A DNA stretch of 51,141 nucleotides from Candidatus Nanohalarchaeota archaeon QJJ-9 (lineage in GTDB: Archaea; Nanohalarchaeota; Nanosalinia; Nanosalinales; Nanoanaerosalinaceae), in assembly GCA_022865275.1 (NCBI GenBank), contig JALIDQ010000001.1:1-51141 (forward strand), read 5' to 3'. The notes beneath the pieces are model-generated. The model did not search any database. It was not told where the DNA came from and was given only the letters and a program-made list of their open reading frames with translations. A program made the position numbers and the translations under genes. Below, piece after piece: positions 19,952-30,173 of the stretch. How positions within the stretch are numbered: the stretch's first letter is position 1; each line of letters opens with the position of its first letter.

Positions 19952-20758
19952 ATGGGAAAGGGAATAACTCCTATAATAGCGGTTCTGATACTGACGGGTA
20001 TAGTCCTTTCTGGAGCCCTGGTAGCGCAGCAGTTTGTTCTTGATAGGCAGGAAGATATAAAAAACCACCTAGAAGAGGCTTTAAGGAATAATTTGGAAGT
20101 TGAAAGGGTATACTGTAACGGTAAGAAGCTTAGCTTTCTTTTAAACAATACTGGAGGCTATCATATCGATGAAGCGGGTGTGGATGTCTATATATACCAT
20201 GGAGCCGAGGCTAACTACTCAATGTCCCGCCGAGGTCTTACTTTTGAAGGAGGTTTTCAGGAGCCGCACAGCTCGGGCTATTTCAACGTAACTATAAACG
20301 GCTTATTCCTATCCGACCAGGTTTACTCAGTGGAGCTTGCTGGAACGGATGAACAGGCTTCTTTGAGGAAATCCTGCCGTGGAGGAAGGAGGTGGTGGGA
20401 TATCAACTGGGACTATAGAAGGCAGGTTGTTGTGGAGAACCAGGATAGCTCCGGAATAACCGATGGAATAGCTTCTGTAGAACTTAATACTTCCAGTCTT
20501 ATTGACGAGGGTAGGATGAATCCTGACTGCTCCGATCTGCGCGTGGTGGAGAAGGAAGAGGTTGTGGACTATTCGATAGATTCTTGCAACAGCCCTTCCA
20601 GTACTATAAAGTTTAGAAACTCTGTATCAGGTTATGGCCGGGCTTTCGACACGTATATCTATTATGGAAATCTTAGAGCGGAGGATGAGAGTGTTTCTAT
20701 AACTGATACTACTTCCTCGGATCTTGTTACTGACCTGAGATACGAAGAGTCTCGCTAG
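19952..20758 (+). CDS. Type IV pilin with C-terminal DUF2341-like domain
   Basis: KG|ITPIIAVLIL; WW..NWDYRRQV...DCSDLRVV...YIYYGN. Confidence 0.8.
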   Translation: MGKGITPIIAVLILTGIVLSGALVAQQFVLDRQEDIKNHLEEALRNNLEVERVYCNGKKLSFLLNNTGGYHIDEAGVDVYIYHGAEANYSMSRRGLTFEGGFQEPHSSGYFNVTINGLFLSDQVYSVELAGTDEQASLRKSCRGGRRWWDINWDYRRQVVVENQDSSGITDGIASVELNTSSLIDEGRMNPDCSDLRVVEKEEVVDYSIDSCNSPSSTIKFRNSVSGYGRAFDTYIYYGNLRAEDESVSITDTTSSDLVTDLRYEESR

Positions 20759-21702
20759 TCTTTTAGACTTGATATCTGAGCCAGTAAGCTTTCTATTTGG
20801 AGGTCTGGTGAGCCTCCTTCTACTATACGGAATTCGTACTCTCCCATCTGCTCGATGACTTCTAGCTTCTTTTGTTCGGATATGTCTAGGTTGTATATTT
20901 CTCTGTTGATCGCTTTTATCACGTCCAGTCCGTCCAGTCCTCTATTGACCATCAGGTCGCTTAGTTCTTTTCTCGCTTCTATAAAATCGCCTTCTAGCGC
21001 TTTGTCCAACACTTCTTTGACCTCTTCAGGCCTCAAGGAGGCGGCGACTTCGAAGACTTTCTCTTCGTCTATCTCTCCACCCTGGATTGAAGCGGCTTGG
21101 AGTACGTTTGTCGCTTTCCTTAGGTCTCCTGAAGATACTCTCTTCAGAGCGTCCATTCCTGTTTCAGTAACTTCCAGTCCTTCTCCTTCTGCTAGGTTGT
21201 CTAGGTATTTCCCTACTTCGTCGTCTTCTAGTCTATTAAAGCGGAAGATAGCGCATCTTGACTGGATTGGAGGTATGATCTTAGAGGAGTAGTTGCAGGA
21301 GAGTATGAAGCGGCAGGATTCTGAATACTTTTCCATTGTACGCCTTAAAGCTTGCTGTGCATCGTTTGTTAGGGCGTCGGACTCGTCTAGAAATATTATC
21401 TTGAAGTCCGCGTTGATTGGCTTGGATCTTGCAAAGTCCTTTATCTGGTTCCTTACCACGCCTATACCTCTATCGTCCGAGGCGTTTGTCTCCATAAAGT
21501 TCTGCTTCCATTCTTCGCCGTACAGGTCTTTGGCTAGTGCTATTGCTGAAGTGGTCTTCCCAGTACCTGCTGGACCTGCGAACATCATATGAGGGACTCT
21601 TTCTTTTTTTACAAACGCTTTAAGACGTTCTGTGATGTTTTTATGCCCTATCACTTCGTCCAGCGTATCTGGTCTGTACTTTTCTGTCCATACATCTATC
21701 AT
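20755..21702 (-). CDS. rfcS: Replication factor C small subunit
   Basis: WTEKYRP, GPAGTGKT, NASDDRGI, LDESDAL, QSRC; no intein. Confidence 0.97.
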   Translation of the reverse strand: MIDVWTEKYRPDTLDEVIGHKNITERLKAFVKKERVPHMMFAGPAGTGKTTSAIALAKDLYGEEWKQNFMETNASDDRGIGVVRNQIKDFARSKPINADFKIIFLDESDALTNDAQQALRRTMEKYSESCRFILSCNYSSKIIPPIQSRCAIFRFNRLEDDEVGKYLDNLAEGEGLEVTETGMDALKRVSSGDLRKATNVLQAASIQGGEIDEEKVFEVAASLRPEEVKEVLDKALEGDFIEARKELSDLMVNRGLDGLDVIKAINREIYNLDISEQKKLEVIEQMGEYEFRIVEGGSPDLQIESLLAQISSLKD

Positions 21703-21823
21703 TTTATCACCGAAACCATTACTTTACTGTAAAGAATTTCTGTAACTGAGACTTTTATTGGTTGTGCAGTGTTTCTGAAAAAAAGTTGAAAAGGGTTTAA
21801 AGTTCGGGGAAAAAGTCTTTGCT

Positions 21824-22354
21824 ATGATCGTCTCTATCACAGGTACTCCTGGAACAGGCAAGAGTTCTGTTTCCGAGATCCTTGCAGAGGAGCTGGGTTT
21901 TAAGCTTTTAGATGTCAACGAGGTAGCGTTCTCCGAAGAGGTTGGGACGAGTGAGGGGGATGAACGAGATACTACTGAGGTAGATATAGATACGCTTATT
22001 CCCGCGCTGGAGGAGGAGGTTGGAGAAAACTCGGTTCTGGAAGGACATTTAAGCCACTACTTTCCTTCTGACCTGGTTGTAGTGCTGAGAACGATGCCTG
22101 AGGAGCTGAAAAAAAGGCTTGAGGAAAAGGGCTGGTCTGAGGAAAAGGTTGAGGAAAACTTGGAGTCGGAGGTCCTTGACGGAATCCTACAGGAAGCGGT
22201 TAACCAGCAGGAAGATGTTGTCGAAGTCGATACCACAGGGAAGTCGCCTGGAGAGACTGCAAAACTTGTAAAAAAACTGGTCGAGAATAAGGATAAACGC
22301 GAGGAGTACAGGCCGGGAACTGTTTCCTGGGATCTGGACAAGTATTTAGGGTGA
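21824..22354 (+). CDS. AK6/Fap7-type adenylate kinase/ATPase
   Basis: ITGTPGTGKS, EGHLSH, K..EN..SE. Confidence 0.9.
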   Translation: MIVSITGTPGTGKSSVSEILAEELGFKLLDVNEVAFSEEVGTSEGDERDTTEVDIDTLIPALEEEVGENSVLEGHLSHYFPSDLVVVLRTMPEELKKRLEEKGWSEEKVEENLESEVLDGILQEAVNQQEDVVEVDTTGKSPGETAKLVKKLVENKDKREEYRPGTVSWDLDKYLG

Positions 22355-22358
22355 TACT

Positions 22359-23189
22359 ATGGGATTTTTAAGCAAGATAAGGCTTACTGCGTTGTTTGCG
22401 GTTCTGGTAGCGGTATTCGGAGCTGTAGGTCTTTACTTCGGAGGAGCTTCTGGGATGGTGCTGGGATTAATCGTCGCGGGAGCTATGAACTTTGTATCCT
22501 ACTTCTATTCCGATAAGATGGTCGTGAAGATGCATCGTGCGGAGGCTTTAAGCGAGGAAGAAGCTCCTGAAATCCATTCGATAGTGGAGAAGCTTTCAGA
22601 GAAGGCTGGTATACCTAAGCCGAAAGTCTATGCGATGGATGAATCAACTCCTAACGCTTTTGCGACGGGAAGAAAGCCGAGCAAGTCTATTGTATGCGTT
22701 ACATCAGGCTTGATTTCCAACCTTTCTAAGGATGAGGTTGAAGGGGTTCTTGCTCACGAGCTATCCCACATAAAGAACCGAGACACTTTGATTCAGACTG
22801 TTGCAGGCACTCTTGCTGGCGCGATTTCGATTATAGCGCATTTTCTATGGTTTTCTACGTTTGATAATGATAACCAGAATCCTCTTTTTCTTATAGGCGC
22901 GATTGTGCTTGCTCCGCTTGCCGCATCGATGATCAAACTAGCTATATCCCGCTCCAGAGAGTTTTCCGCGGATTCTTCGGCTTCGAAGTTAACCGAACCG
23001 GAGAAACTTGCTTCCGCGCTTGAGTCTATAGAGAGTTCGGTAAGCGCTTCTAGAAAGCCTATGAAAAGAGGTTCTGAGGGAACTTCGCATCTCTACATAG
23101 TCAACCCGTTCAGGAAGTCGGGCCTGGCGAAGCTTTTCTCTACACATCCTCCTACAGAGGAGAGAATTGAGAGGCTTAGGAGTCTGTAG
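22359..23189 (+). CDS. htpX: Protease HtpX (M48)
   Basis: PNAFATGR, HELSH, SRSREFSAD, STHPP. Confidence 0.92.
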   Translation: MGFLSKIRLTALFAVLVAVFGAVGLYFGGASGMVLGLIVAGAMNFVSYFYSDKMVVKMHRAEALSEEEAPEIHSIVEKLSEKAGIPKPKVYAMDESTPNAFATGRKPSKSIVCVTSGLISNLSKDEVEGVLAHELSHIKNRDTLIQTVAGTLAGAISIIAHFLWFSTFDNDNQNPLFLIGAIVLAPLAASMIKLAISRSREFSADSSASKLTEPEKLASALESIESSVSASRKPMKRGSEGTSHLYIVNPFRKSGLAKLFSTHPPTEERIERLRSL

Positions 23190-23394
23190 ATTTTTTCCTT
23201 TTATGAATCCTTTTCCTGTCTATTTCTATTTTTCCGAGCTTAATTCCTTTTTCTATGGCTTTTTCAATTCCCTTCTTTTGTTTTTTTCCCATCCATTTCT
23301 ATAGAATAATGTGGTAAGTGCTTTTAATGATTTAGCCCCTCTTTCGACAACCTATTTAAAAGTATGTAGGTCAAGTTTTGGCAGGGAGATAAAC

Positions 23395-23559
23395 ATGGCT
23401 GAGAGGTTCAAGGAAGCGGATGAGAGGATTTTTAAAGACGTGTATATCTGTAGGAAGTGCAATGCCAGGAACAAGGTCCACGATCCTGAAGATGCTAAAT
23501 GCAGGAAGTGCGGCTATGACGGGCTTAGACCTAAGAATAAGGAGTTTGCATCCGAGTAA
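23395..23559 (+). CDS. rpl40e: 50S ribosomal protein L40e
   Basis: MAERF...ICRKCNARN...CRKCGY..LRPK; SD GGAG upstream of ATG 23395. Confidence 0.9.
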   Translation: MAERFKEADERIFKDVYICRKCNARNKVHDPEDAKCRKCGYDGLRPKNKEFASE

Positions 23560-23608
23560 TGCCTGTTTCTTTTTCCTTCTAAAATCCAGGCTTTTTTGAG
23601 GTGAGACA

Positions 23609-25204
23609 ATGCAAAAACACTGGGCTGACCAACTTGCTGGAAAGGTGAAGGACGAGAGAGGAGACAAGGACAGTTATATATTCAACTCCGGGATGTCTAT
23701 CTCCGGTAAAATGCATATAGGAAACTTGAGAGGAGAGCTCGCGATCCCTTCCCGAGTCAAGCGTATTCTCGAGCAGGAGGGGAAGGATGTGAAGTTTTAT
23801 GGTATATACTACACCCAGGACAGGTTTAAAGCGAAAGACTCGCAGCTTGAGAAGTTTGATGATCCGGAGGAAGCGGAGAAGTATGAGGGGTGGAGGCTTG
23901 TTGATGTGCCTGATCCGGAAGGCTGTCACGAAAACTGGGTAGAGCATTTTAACTCGGAGAACCAGCCCTACCTTCCTGAATACGGTATAGAGGTTGAGCC
24001 TCTTACGACTACGGAGTTCTACAGGATGGATGAGACCAAGGAGCTCATCCGCAAGTTTCTTGAAAACAAAGAGAGGGTTAGGCAGGTCCTGAACGAGTAC
24101 AGGGACAGGCAACCGTATCCTGAAGGATGGATTCCGTTTGATCCTCGCTGTGAGAGCTGTAATAGGATAGATAAGACTGATGCGAAGGAGATAGATTTTG
24201 AAGAAGACAGGGTTAGATATGAATGTAAAGCATGCGGAGACGAGGGATGGTCTCCTATAGAGAAAGGAAAGCTTGCATGGAGGCTTGAATGGTCTGCTTT
24301 ATGGGAGGTACTAGATGTGGACTTTGAACCGTACGGAAAGGACCATGCGACTCCAGGAGGCTCCAGGGACTCTTGCGTAGCTCTTGCGGAGGAATTTGAC
24401 TTGAACTATCCTACCGGTTTCTCCTTCAACTGGGTCTACTGGAAGCGGGAAGGAGAGGTGAAGGGTGATATGACCTCTTCAGGCGATCGAGGAATAACGA
24501 CTAAGGCTTTCCTTGACTATGCGGAGCCTGAGGTTTTAACCTACCTCTATCTCTCTACTAAGCCTATGAAGGAAATCTACTTCGACCCGGACAAGCTGCC
24601 TGACTATGTAAGGCGTTTCGATCGTGCTGAGTCTATCTACTTTGGAGAGGAAGAGGCAAGAGACGAGAAGCGCGAGGAGAACATAAAGAGGAACTATGAA
24701 CTAGCGATGCTGGATTTACCTGAAAAAAGCCCGGTAAGGATTCCCTACAAGGCTGCATGTATGATATACCAGCTTGTAGAATCTGAGGACAGGCGTGTAA
24801 AGGTTGCGAAGAAGCTTGAAGATGTTCCATCACAGTTATCTGAGGAAGACAGGAAGAGAGTCCTTGAGAGGATTGAGATGGCTGGGAACTGGCTTGGAGA
24901 ATATCCTGTCGAAGACTTCAGGATAGAGGTTCAGGAGGAAGTCTCTGAGGAAGCTAGAGATGAGCTTTCCGAGGAGGAGCTTAAGGCTCTGAAGTCTCTA
25001 GGAGAGGATTTAGAGGAGGAATTGTCTGCCAAAGAGGCTCAGTCCAAGGTCTACGAGCTCAGCGATGATTTCGATATAGGTGCGGGAGAGGCCTTCCAGT
25101 CCGTATACCTTACCATCCTAGGAAAAGAGTCAGGACCGAGAGCAGGCAACCTGATAAAGGCGGTAGGCCAAGAGAAGGTCCGGGACCTGATAGACCAGCT
25201 CTGA
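23609..25204 (+). CDS. lysS: Lysine-tRNA ligase, class I
   Basis: HWAD, SGKMHIGN, Zn-finger cysteines, GKL.WRLEW, EPYGKDH, GPR. Confidence 0.95.
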   Translation: MQKHWADQLAGKVKDERGDKDSYIFNSGMSISGKMHIGNLRGELAIPSRVKRILEQEGKDVKFYGIYYTQDRFKAKDSQLEKFDDPEEAEKYEGWRLVDVPDPEGCHENWVEHFNSENQPYLPEYGIEVEPLTTTEFYRMDETKELIRKFLENKERVRQVLNEYRDRQPYPEGWIPFDPRCESCNRIDKTDAKEIDFEEDRVRYECKACGDEGWSPIEKGKLAWRLEWSALWEVLDVDFEPYGKDHATPGGSRDSCVALAEEFDLNYPTGFSFNWVYWKREGEVKGDMTSSGDRGITTKAFLDYAEPEVLTYLYLSTKPMKEIYFDPDKLPDYVRRFDRAESIYFGEEEARDEKREENIKRNYELAMLDLPEKSPVRIPYKAACMIYQLVESEDRRVKVAKKLEDVPSQLSEEDRKRVLERIEMAGNWLGEYPVEDFRIEVQEEVSEEARDELSEEELKALKSLGEDLEEELSAKEAQSKVYELSDDFDIGAGEAFQSVYLTILGKESGPRAGNLIKAVGQEKVRDLIDQL

Positions 25205-25281
25205 GCTCTTTTTCTTTTTATTCCTCTCCAGGGTTAAGAAATAAAAAGGTGTGTCCCCCTGAAACCTATGTTAGCGTCTAA

Positions 25282-25408
25282 GCCCCGTTAGCTCAGCTGG
25301 GAGAGCACGTCCTTGGTATCTCAGGACACACTCCGAACCCGATGCCAACGCGAGTTGAGTCTGAGAACAGAAAGGACGAGGTCCCGGGTTCGAATCTCGG
25401 ACGGGGCT
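25282..25408 (+). tRNA. tRNA-Thr(GGT) with 54-nt intron at 37/38 (25319-25372)
   Basis: GCCCCGT/ACGGGGC acceptor; CGTCC-TTGGTA|A-GGACG; intron stem TCTCAG/CTGAGA. Confidence 0.9.
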
Positions 25409-25467
25409 TCACTCTGTTTATTATTCTGTAAAAGGTTCAAAGGCCCAGGAATGAATAAAAAGAGCTG

Positions 25468-28400
25468 TTACGAAGTTACGCATGCTTTTTGTGATTTTTG
25501 GGATTCTCCTGCTTCGTTGAACGCGGCTATTCTGTAACAAGCTTTTTCTCCTTGTTCTAGGTTTTTGTCTATGAAGTTTGTGTTTCTTTGGCCTGTTCCT
25601 CCTACATTGTTTGATTGGAAGCTGTGGACTTTTTTCCAGGTGCCTGAGGAGTTGGTGTAGACGTTGAATCCGTCCTCCACAACAGAAGCATCCCTAAAGG
25701 TTAGGTTTATTCCTAGACCAACCTCGAAAGTAAAAGTATCGGAAGTATAGTTTCCTTTTCCGTCTGATACGTTTACGTACCAGTTGTAGGTTGTGTTTGC
25801 TTCTAGTCCTGTCCATGAGACGCTTGCTGAACCGCTTCCATTGATTTCTGTCTGTTTGGAGCCGATTTGCTCGTTGTTGTTTGCGTTGAAGAACCATGCG
25901 TCCATCGAATCACCGTCCGCATCCGAAACATTAACATCTAGATCTGCAACAGTCGAACCAAGAACCTTCCCGCCCGAAGGAGAAGGATTGGATACTGTAG
26001 GTAGTTTATTGACGTCATTAATCATCAACTTAAAGCTATCGATACTAGGAGAATGGGAATGTCCACTATCCGTTACAGAAAGGTTTGTTTCTATTTGGTA
26101 TCTGTAGCCGCCGGATAGATTGAAATCATTGTCCTTAAATGTGTTTAATCCGTCTGAAAGGCTTACTCCATCACTCTCTGAATGACTCCAGGATTCAATA
26201 CTCCCGTCATCATCCGTATCAACACCCAACCTAACCAAAGCCTTTTCACCATTACCTATAGAAGCATTAACCTTCAAACTGTTAACCTGCTGCTCAACAG
26301 AAGTTCCTGCATCCCAGATATTAGACCTCCAAAAACCCTTCTCAGAACCTTTGAAAAACTCAATCCTACCAGTAACCATCCTACAAGTATCCCCATTAGA
26401 AACCGTATTCCACATCCTAACCGAATCAAAACTGCTTGGAACAGTTTTAGAAGTATTTGAAGAATCAAAAACATACCACTCCTCCCCATCCGCACCAACA
26501 ACAGTCCCAACATCATCCTGAGACCAATCACTCTCCGCCCAAGCACTAGAACCCTCAGATTTATCCGTAAGAACATCAAAAGACTTAACCAAATTATCAT
26601 TCTCATCAAAGAAATCTACCGCAAGACCATCAGACTGAGCTGTATTACTATCAATCCTCAAAGGAGTAGTCCTCAAATACAACCTAAACCGTTCAGCACC
26701 CTGATAAGCCCCAGGAAAACCATATTGACCCTCAAGCCAATAACGCACACCCCTATTACTACTCCCACCATCCTGATTCCAGTAAAAAGAACCAGAACCC
26801 TCCTCAAAATAATAACTATCCGTAAAATAATCACCAGCATCCACACCATTAAGATTACGTAAATCCACCGGATAATTGGACAAACCATCCTGAGAATCAT
26901 GCGGAACAACAGTAACACGATCCAACCTCAAAGAACCCGCCTCAGTAGTAGTATTCGAAAAACTACCTAAACCCCAATCACCCCCCGAAACAACCCTCCA
27001 AACCTCCCCAGTCTCAACACGAAAACCACGCTCAGAAAGAGAAACAGTATCAGAACCATCAGAAACCACCACATACCAACTATAATCCGAAAAATCCTCC
27101 AAACCACTCCAAGTAACAGAAGCAGTACCACCAGAACTTACACCAGTAACCTTCTCAATCAACGAACCATCAGAAGCATCGTAGAACGAAACATTCATAT
27201 CCTCACCCTCCCTATGCTCCAAACTAACATTCAACTCAGGACTAGAAGTCTCCAAGACCTTACCATCCGCAGGACCATAACCCGCAACATCCAACCAACC
27301 ATCACGCGTAAACAACTCAAAACCACCAACACCCGGAGAATGAGAAAAATTACCATCAGTCACAGACAAATTAAACTCAGCCTGATAACGATAACCTGAA
27401 GAAAGATCAAAATCACCGCCTCCCAAACTATTCAAACCATCAGAAACACTTACACCACCACCCTCAGAATGACTCCAGGTATCAATACTCCCGTCATCAT
27501 CCTCATCAACACCCAAACGAACCCTAACAGACTCATTCACACCAACAGAAGCATTAACCTCCAAACCATCAACCTGCTGCTTAACAGAAGTCCCAGCATC
27601 CCAAACCCTACTACTCCAAAAACCAGAATCAATAGAACTGTTCTCAAAACTATCAGGCCTAGTACGATTATACAACTGCCCAATCTCACTCTCCGACAAA
27701 GCCCGGTCGTATATGCGGACCTCATCTATTTTGCCGTTGAAATAATCTGCCCATCCATCGCCCATACCTCCTTGGTCGTTCCCTAGTGAATCATAATAGC
27801 TTCCGGTGGAAGGACTTGAGCTGAAACTTGCCACTTCTTGACTGTTTTTGTAAATCGTAAATGTGGAACCATCTTCTACTGCTGTTAAGTGAGTCCAAGT
27901 ATCAGCTGAGATAGTAGTTAAATCGCTATGGTAGTTGCCGTTTTGCCATGTTGATATGTAACCATTTGAGTTCTCTGCAATCCAGAATGGAAGGAAGCTG
28001 GCAGAGCCCCTCAAAGCTATAACTCTCTGAGAACTAGAGACAGTATCAGGATTCAACCATAAGGACACTGTCTTAGGCGAAGGATTAGGCAATAGACTTG
28101 GAAGATCTGTATAATCATCGCTTCCATCAAAACTCAGAGCGTTCCCATACATTCCGTCTGTCCAGATGGCTCCGTTGATGGTTCCGTCGTTGTTGTTTCC
28201 TGATATGTCGTATGCTGTGGTTCCTGTTCCTTCGTCCATGGACCACCATCCGACTGCATCCTTACCTGTTAGGCTGACTTGGCTGTTGTTCGCAACAGTA
28301 CGAATGTCACGACCTAGCTCCCAGTCCAACCAATCGTTTTGAGAACTAACTGTCCAGAGTTCTTTGTTCTCGGTTCTAAAGCTTCTTGGTGATAGGTTAG

Positions 28401-29574
28401 CGGTGTTAGTTCCGTCTGTGACTTTGATGTACCATGTGTAGTTTGTAAAGTCCTGCAGGCTAGACCAGGTAATAGAAGCAGTAGATCCAGAACTTACACC
28501 CGTAACTTTCTCTATTAACGAGTCGTCGGAAGCATCGTAGAACGACACGTTCATATTTTCGCTATTGTTATGTTCTAAGGTAGCATTCAATACCGGGTTA
28601 ACAGTATCCAAGACTTTACCATCTTCTGGAGATAGTGAAATATTCGACAACCATCCTTCATGGGTTTCAAGCTCGAAAGAGCTAATAGAAGGTGTATGGG
28701 AGGTGTAACCATCAGTGATACTTAGATTATACTCTATTTTATACCGGTAGCCCGGAGGTAAACCAAAATCAGAACCATCCAACATATTCGAACCATCAGA
28801 AACACTTACTCCGTCTCCTTCTGAATGGCTCCAGGAATCTATTGTACCGTCATCATCCGTATCAACACCTAAACGAACCTTAACAGACTCATTCACACCA
28901 ACAGAAGCATTAATACGGAGATAATCTATCTTTTGAAAAGATACAGCGTCTGTATCCCAGACTGGAGAAGACCATAAACCATCAGAATAGTATGAACTGG
29001 TTCTTAAATTATCAACAGAAAAATCTATAATCTGGCCACCATAATCTGATCCAACAAATTTCCCATAAAACTTAACTGTATGTGTTCCCGAATAACTAGA
29101 AATATTTACAGATACCGGGGTTTTTGTCAGTCCGTCATTAGTAGTGACCCAGACAGTACTTCCATCAATTCTTAACTGAGCCTCATCATCGGAACCGCCA
29201 TCAAGATCCCTAACATTTATATCAAAGTAAAGAGTACCGCCATCAAGATTAAAATCCTTATACATCTCCGGCTCCGGAGTATTACCTTCATCACCTCCTA
29301 AATTTAGGGCGCCAGTACCTTCAGTATACCAAGTCGAATCATTCTGAGCCTCAGGCCCGCTCCAACCACTTTCACAGGAATCTCTAGGAACTTCCAGAGT
29401 TAGAGTAGTATTATAGTTAGTCCGGTTAAAATATCCTTCCCCCCATTCAGTTTGATTGTTAACGTTCCAGTTTGTTGCTGTTACACTTGTAGAGAAAAGA
29501 GGTAGTAGTATAAGGAAGGATAATAGAAGGAACGAACTCTTCTTGCTTCCTAACTTTTTTCTTGTGCTGGCCAA
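25468..29574 (-). CDS. Large secreted surface protein: three internal repeat modules, LamG domain, FN3-like C-terminus
   Basis: Signal peptide; three copies of W.S.(V/I)WD...NAS(V/I)G..E...VRLGVD.DDDG.I..WSHSE..GVS.SDG; LamG GWWSMDEG...G.IDEVRIYDRALS. Confidence 0.85.
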   Translation of the reverse strand: MASTRKKLGSKKSSFLLLSFLILLPLFSTSVTATNWNVNNQTEWGEGYFNRTNYNTTLTLEVPRDSCESGWSGPEAQNDSTWYTEGTGALNLGGDEGNTPEPEMYKDFNLDGGTLYFDINVRDLDGGSDDEAQLRIDGSTVWVTTNDGLTKTPVSVNISSYSGTHTVKFYGKFVGSDYGGQIIDFSVDNLRTSSYYSDGLWSSPVWDTDAVSFQKIDYLRINASVGVNESVKVRLGVDTDDDGTIDSWSHSEGDGVSVSDGSNMLDGSDFGLPPGYRYKIEYNLSITDGYTSHTPSISSFELETHEGWLSNISLSPEDGKVLDTVNPVLNATLEHNNSENMNVSFYDASDDSLIEKVTGVSSGSTASITWSSLQDFTNYTWYIKVTDGTNTANLSPRSFRTENKELWTVSSQNDWLDWELGRDIRTVANNSQVSLTGKDAVGWWSMDEGTGTTAYDISGNNNDGTINGAIWTDGMYGNALSFDGSDDYTDLPSLLPNPSPKTVSLWLNPDTVSSSQRVIALRGSASFLPFWIAENSNGYISTWQNGNYHSDLTTISADTWTHLTAVEDGSTFTIYKNSQEVASFSSSPSTGSYYDSLGNDQGGMGDGWADYFNGKIDEVRIYDRALSESEIGQLYNRTRPDSFENSSIDSGFWSSRVWDAGTSVKQQVDGLEVNASVGVNESVRVRLGVDEDDDGSIDTWSHSEGGGVSVSDGLNSLGGGDFDLSSGYRYQAEFNLSVTDGNFSHSPGVGGFELFTRDGWLDVAGYGPADGKVLETSSPELNVSLEHREGEDMNVSFYDASDGSLIEKVTGVSSGGTASVTWSGLEDFSDYSWYVVVSDGSDTVSLSERGFRVETGEVWRVVSGGDWGLGSFSNTTTEAGSLRLDRVTVVPHDSQDGLSNYPVDLRNLNGVDAGDYFTDSYYFEEGSGSFYWNQDGGSSNRGVRYWLEGQYGFPGAYQGAERFRLYLRTTPLRIDSNTAQSDGLAVDFFDENDNLVKSFDVLTDKSEGSSAWAESDWSQDDVGTVVGADGEEWYVFDSSNTSKTVPSSFDSVRMWNTVSNGDTCRMVTGRIEFFKGSEKGFWRSNIWDAGTSVEQQVNSLKVNASIGNGEKALVRLGVDTDDDGSIESWSHSESDGVSLSDGLNTFKDNDFNLSGGYRYQIETNLSVTDSGHSHSPSIDSFKLMINDVNKLPTVSNPSPSGGKVLGSTVADLDVNVSDADGDSMDAWFFNANNNEQIGSKQTEINGSGSASVSWTGLEANTTYNWYVNVSDGKGNYTSDTFTFEVGLGINLTFRDASVVEDGFNVYTNSSGTWKKVHSFQSNNVGGTGQRNTNFIDKNLEQGEKACYRIAAFNEAGESQKSQKACVTS

Positions 29575-29722
29575 GTCTTTCCACCTTATAGTTTTTTTGT
29601 AGAGGAGCAGTTGTTATACTACAAAAATACGGAGAACTAGCTATTAAATCTTTGGAAAAGGAAGGAAAAACATCTTTCCAATTTTACTGTTTTTTAACCA
29701 AATAAGCGCGAACAGTACTTTT

Positions 29723-30094
29723 TCACTTCTCCACTATCCAGACTGCTTCTTGTTCTGTTGATTCCAGTTCTTGCTTGTCGAATCCTCCGTATACCTTCCA
29801 GTCTGAGAATCCTACAAGCTTTAAAAGTAGCTCAAACTCTCGTTTAGAAACAAGCTTAGTCTTGAAGTCGTTCTCCCATACAAGCTTTCCTTCAGGACTG
29901 TAGAGGCGGTTTTTTATTCTACGTATCTGCTCCACTTCATCCACCCATTCTACCTCTACCTCCCTGCGGTAGGTTTCTCCGTCTACTTCAACCTTCTTAA
30001 CCTCCTTAAGATAGAAATCAATATCTTCCTGATCCTCACTGTGGAACATATCATAGAACTCTGCCTATCCTGGAAAAGGATCTTCTCCAGCCAT
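29723..30094 (-). pseudogene. Decayed class I methyltransferase
   Basis: ATG 30094 MAGEDPFPG*AEFYD...DIDFY has an in-frame TAG at 30065-30067; SAM-binding core absent; C-terminal EFELLL..GF...VYGGFD retained. Confidence 0.65.
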
Positions 30095-30173
30095 AGAATC
30101 TAATCCCTCTCCTTCCTATTTAAACATTGTCCGCTCCAAAAAGTATAAGTTGCTGGACTACTAAACTGGAAGT

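Noticed and set aside
18916..21592. Long antisense ORFs over rfcL/rfcS and similar shadows elsewhere
   Set aside because: S/F/I-rich mirror frames of acidic genes; artefacts of codon bias.
26100..27700. Diversity-generating retroelement TR/VR pair
   Set aside because: Differences between modules are not adenine-specific (C>T is also common), span more than 1 kb, and no reverse transcriptase is in the window.
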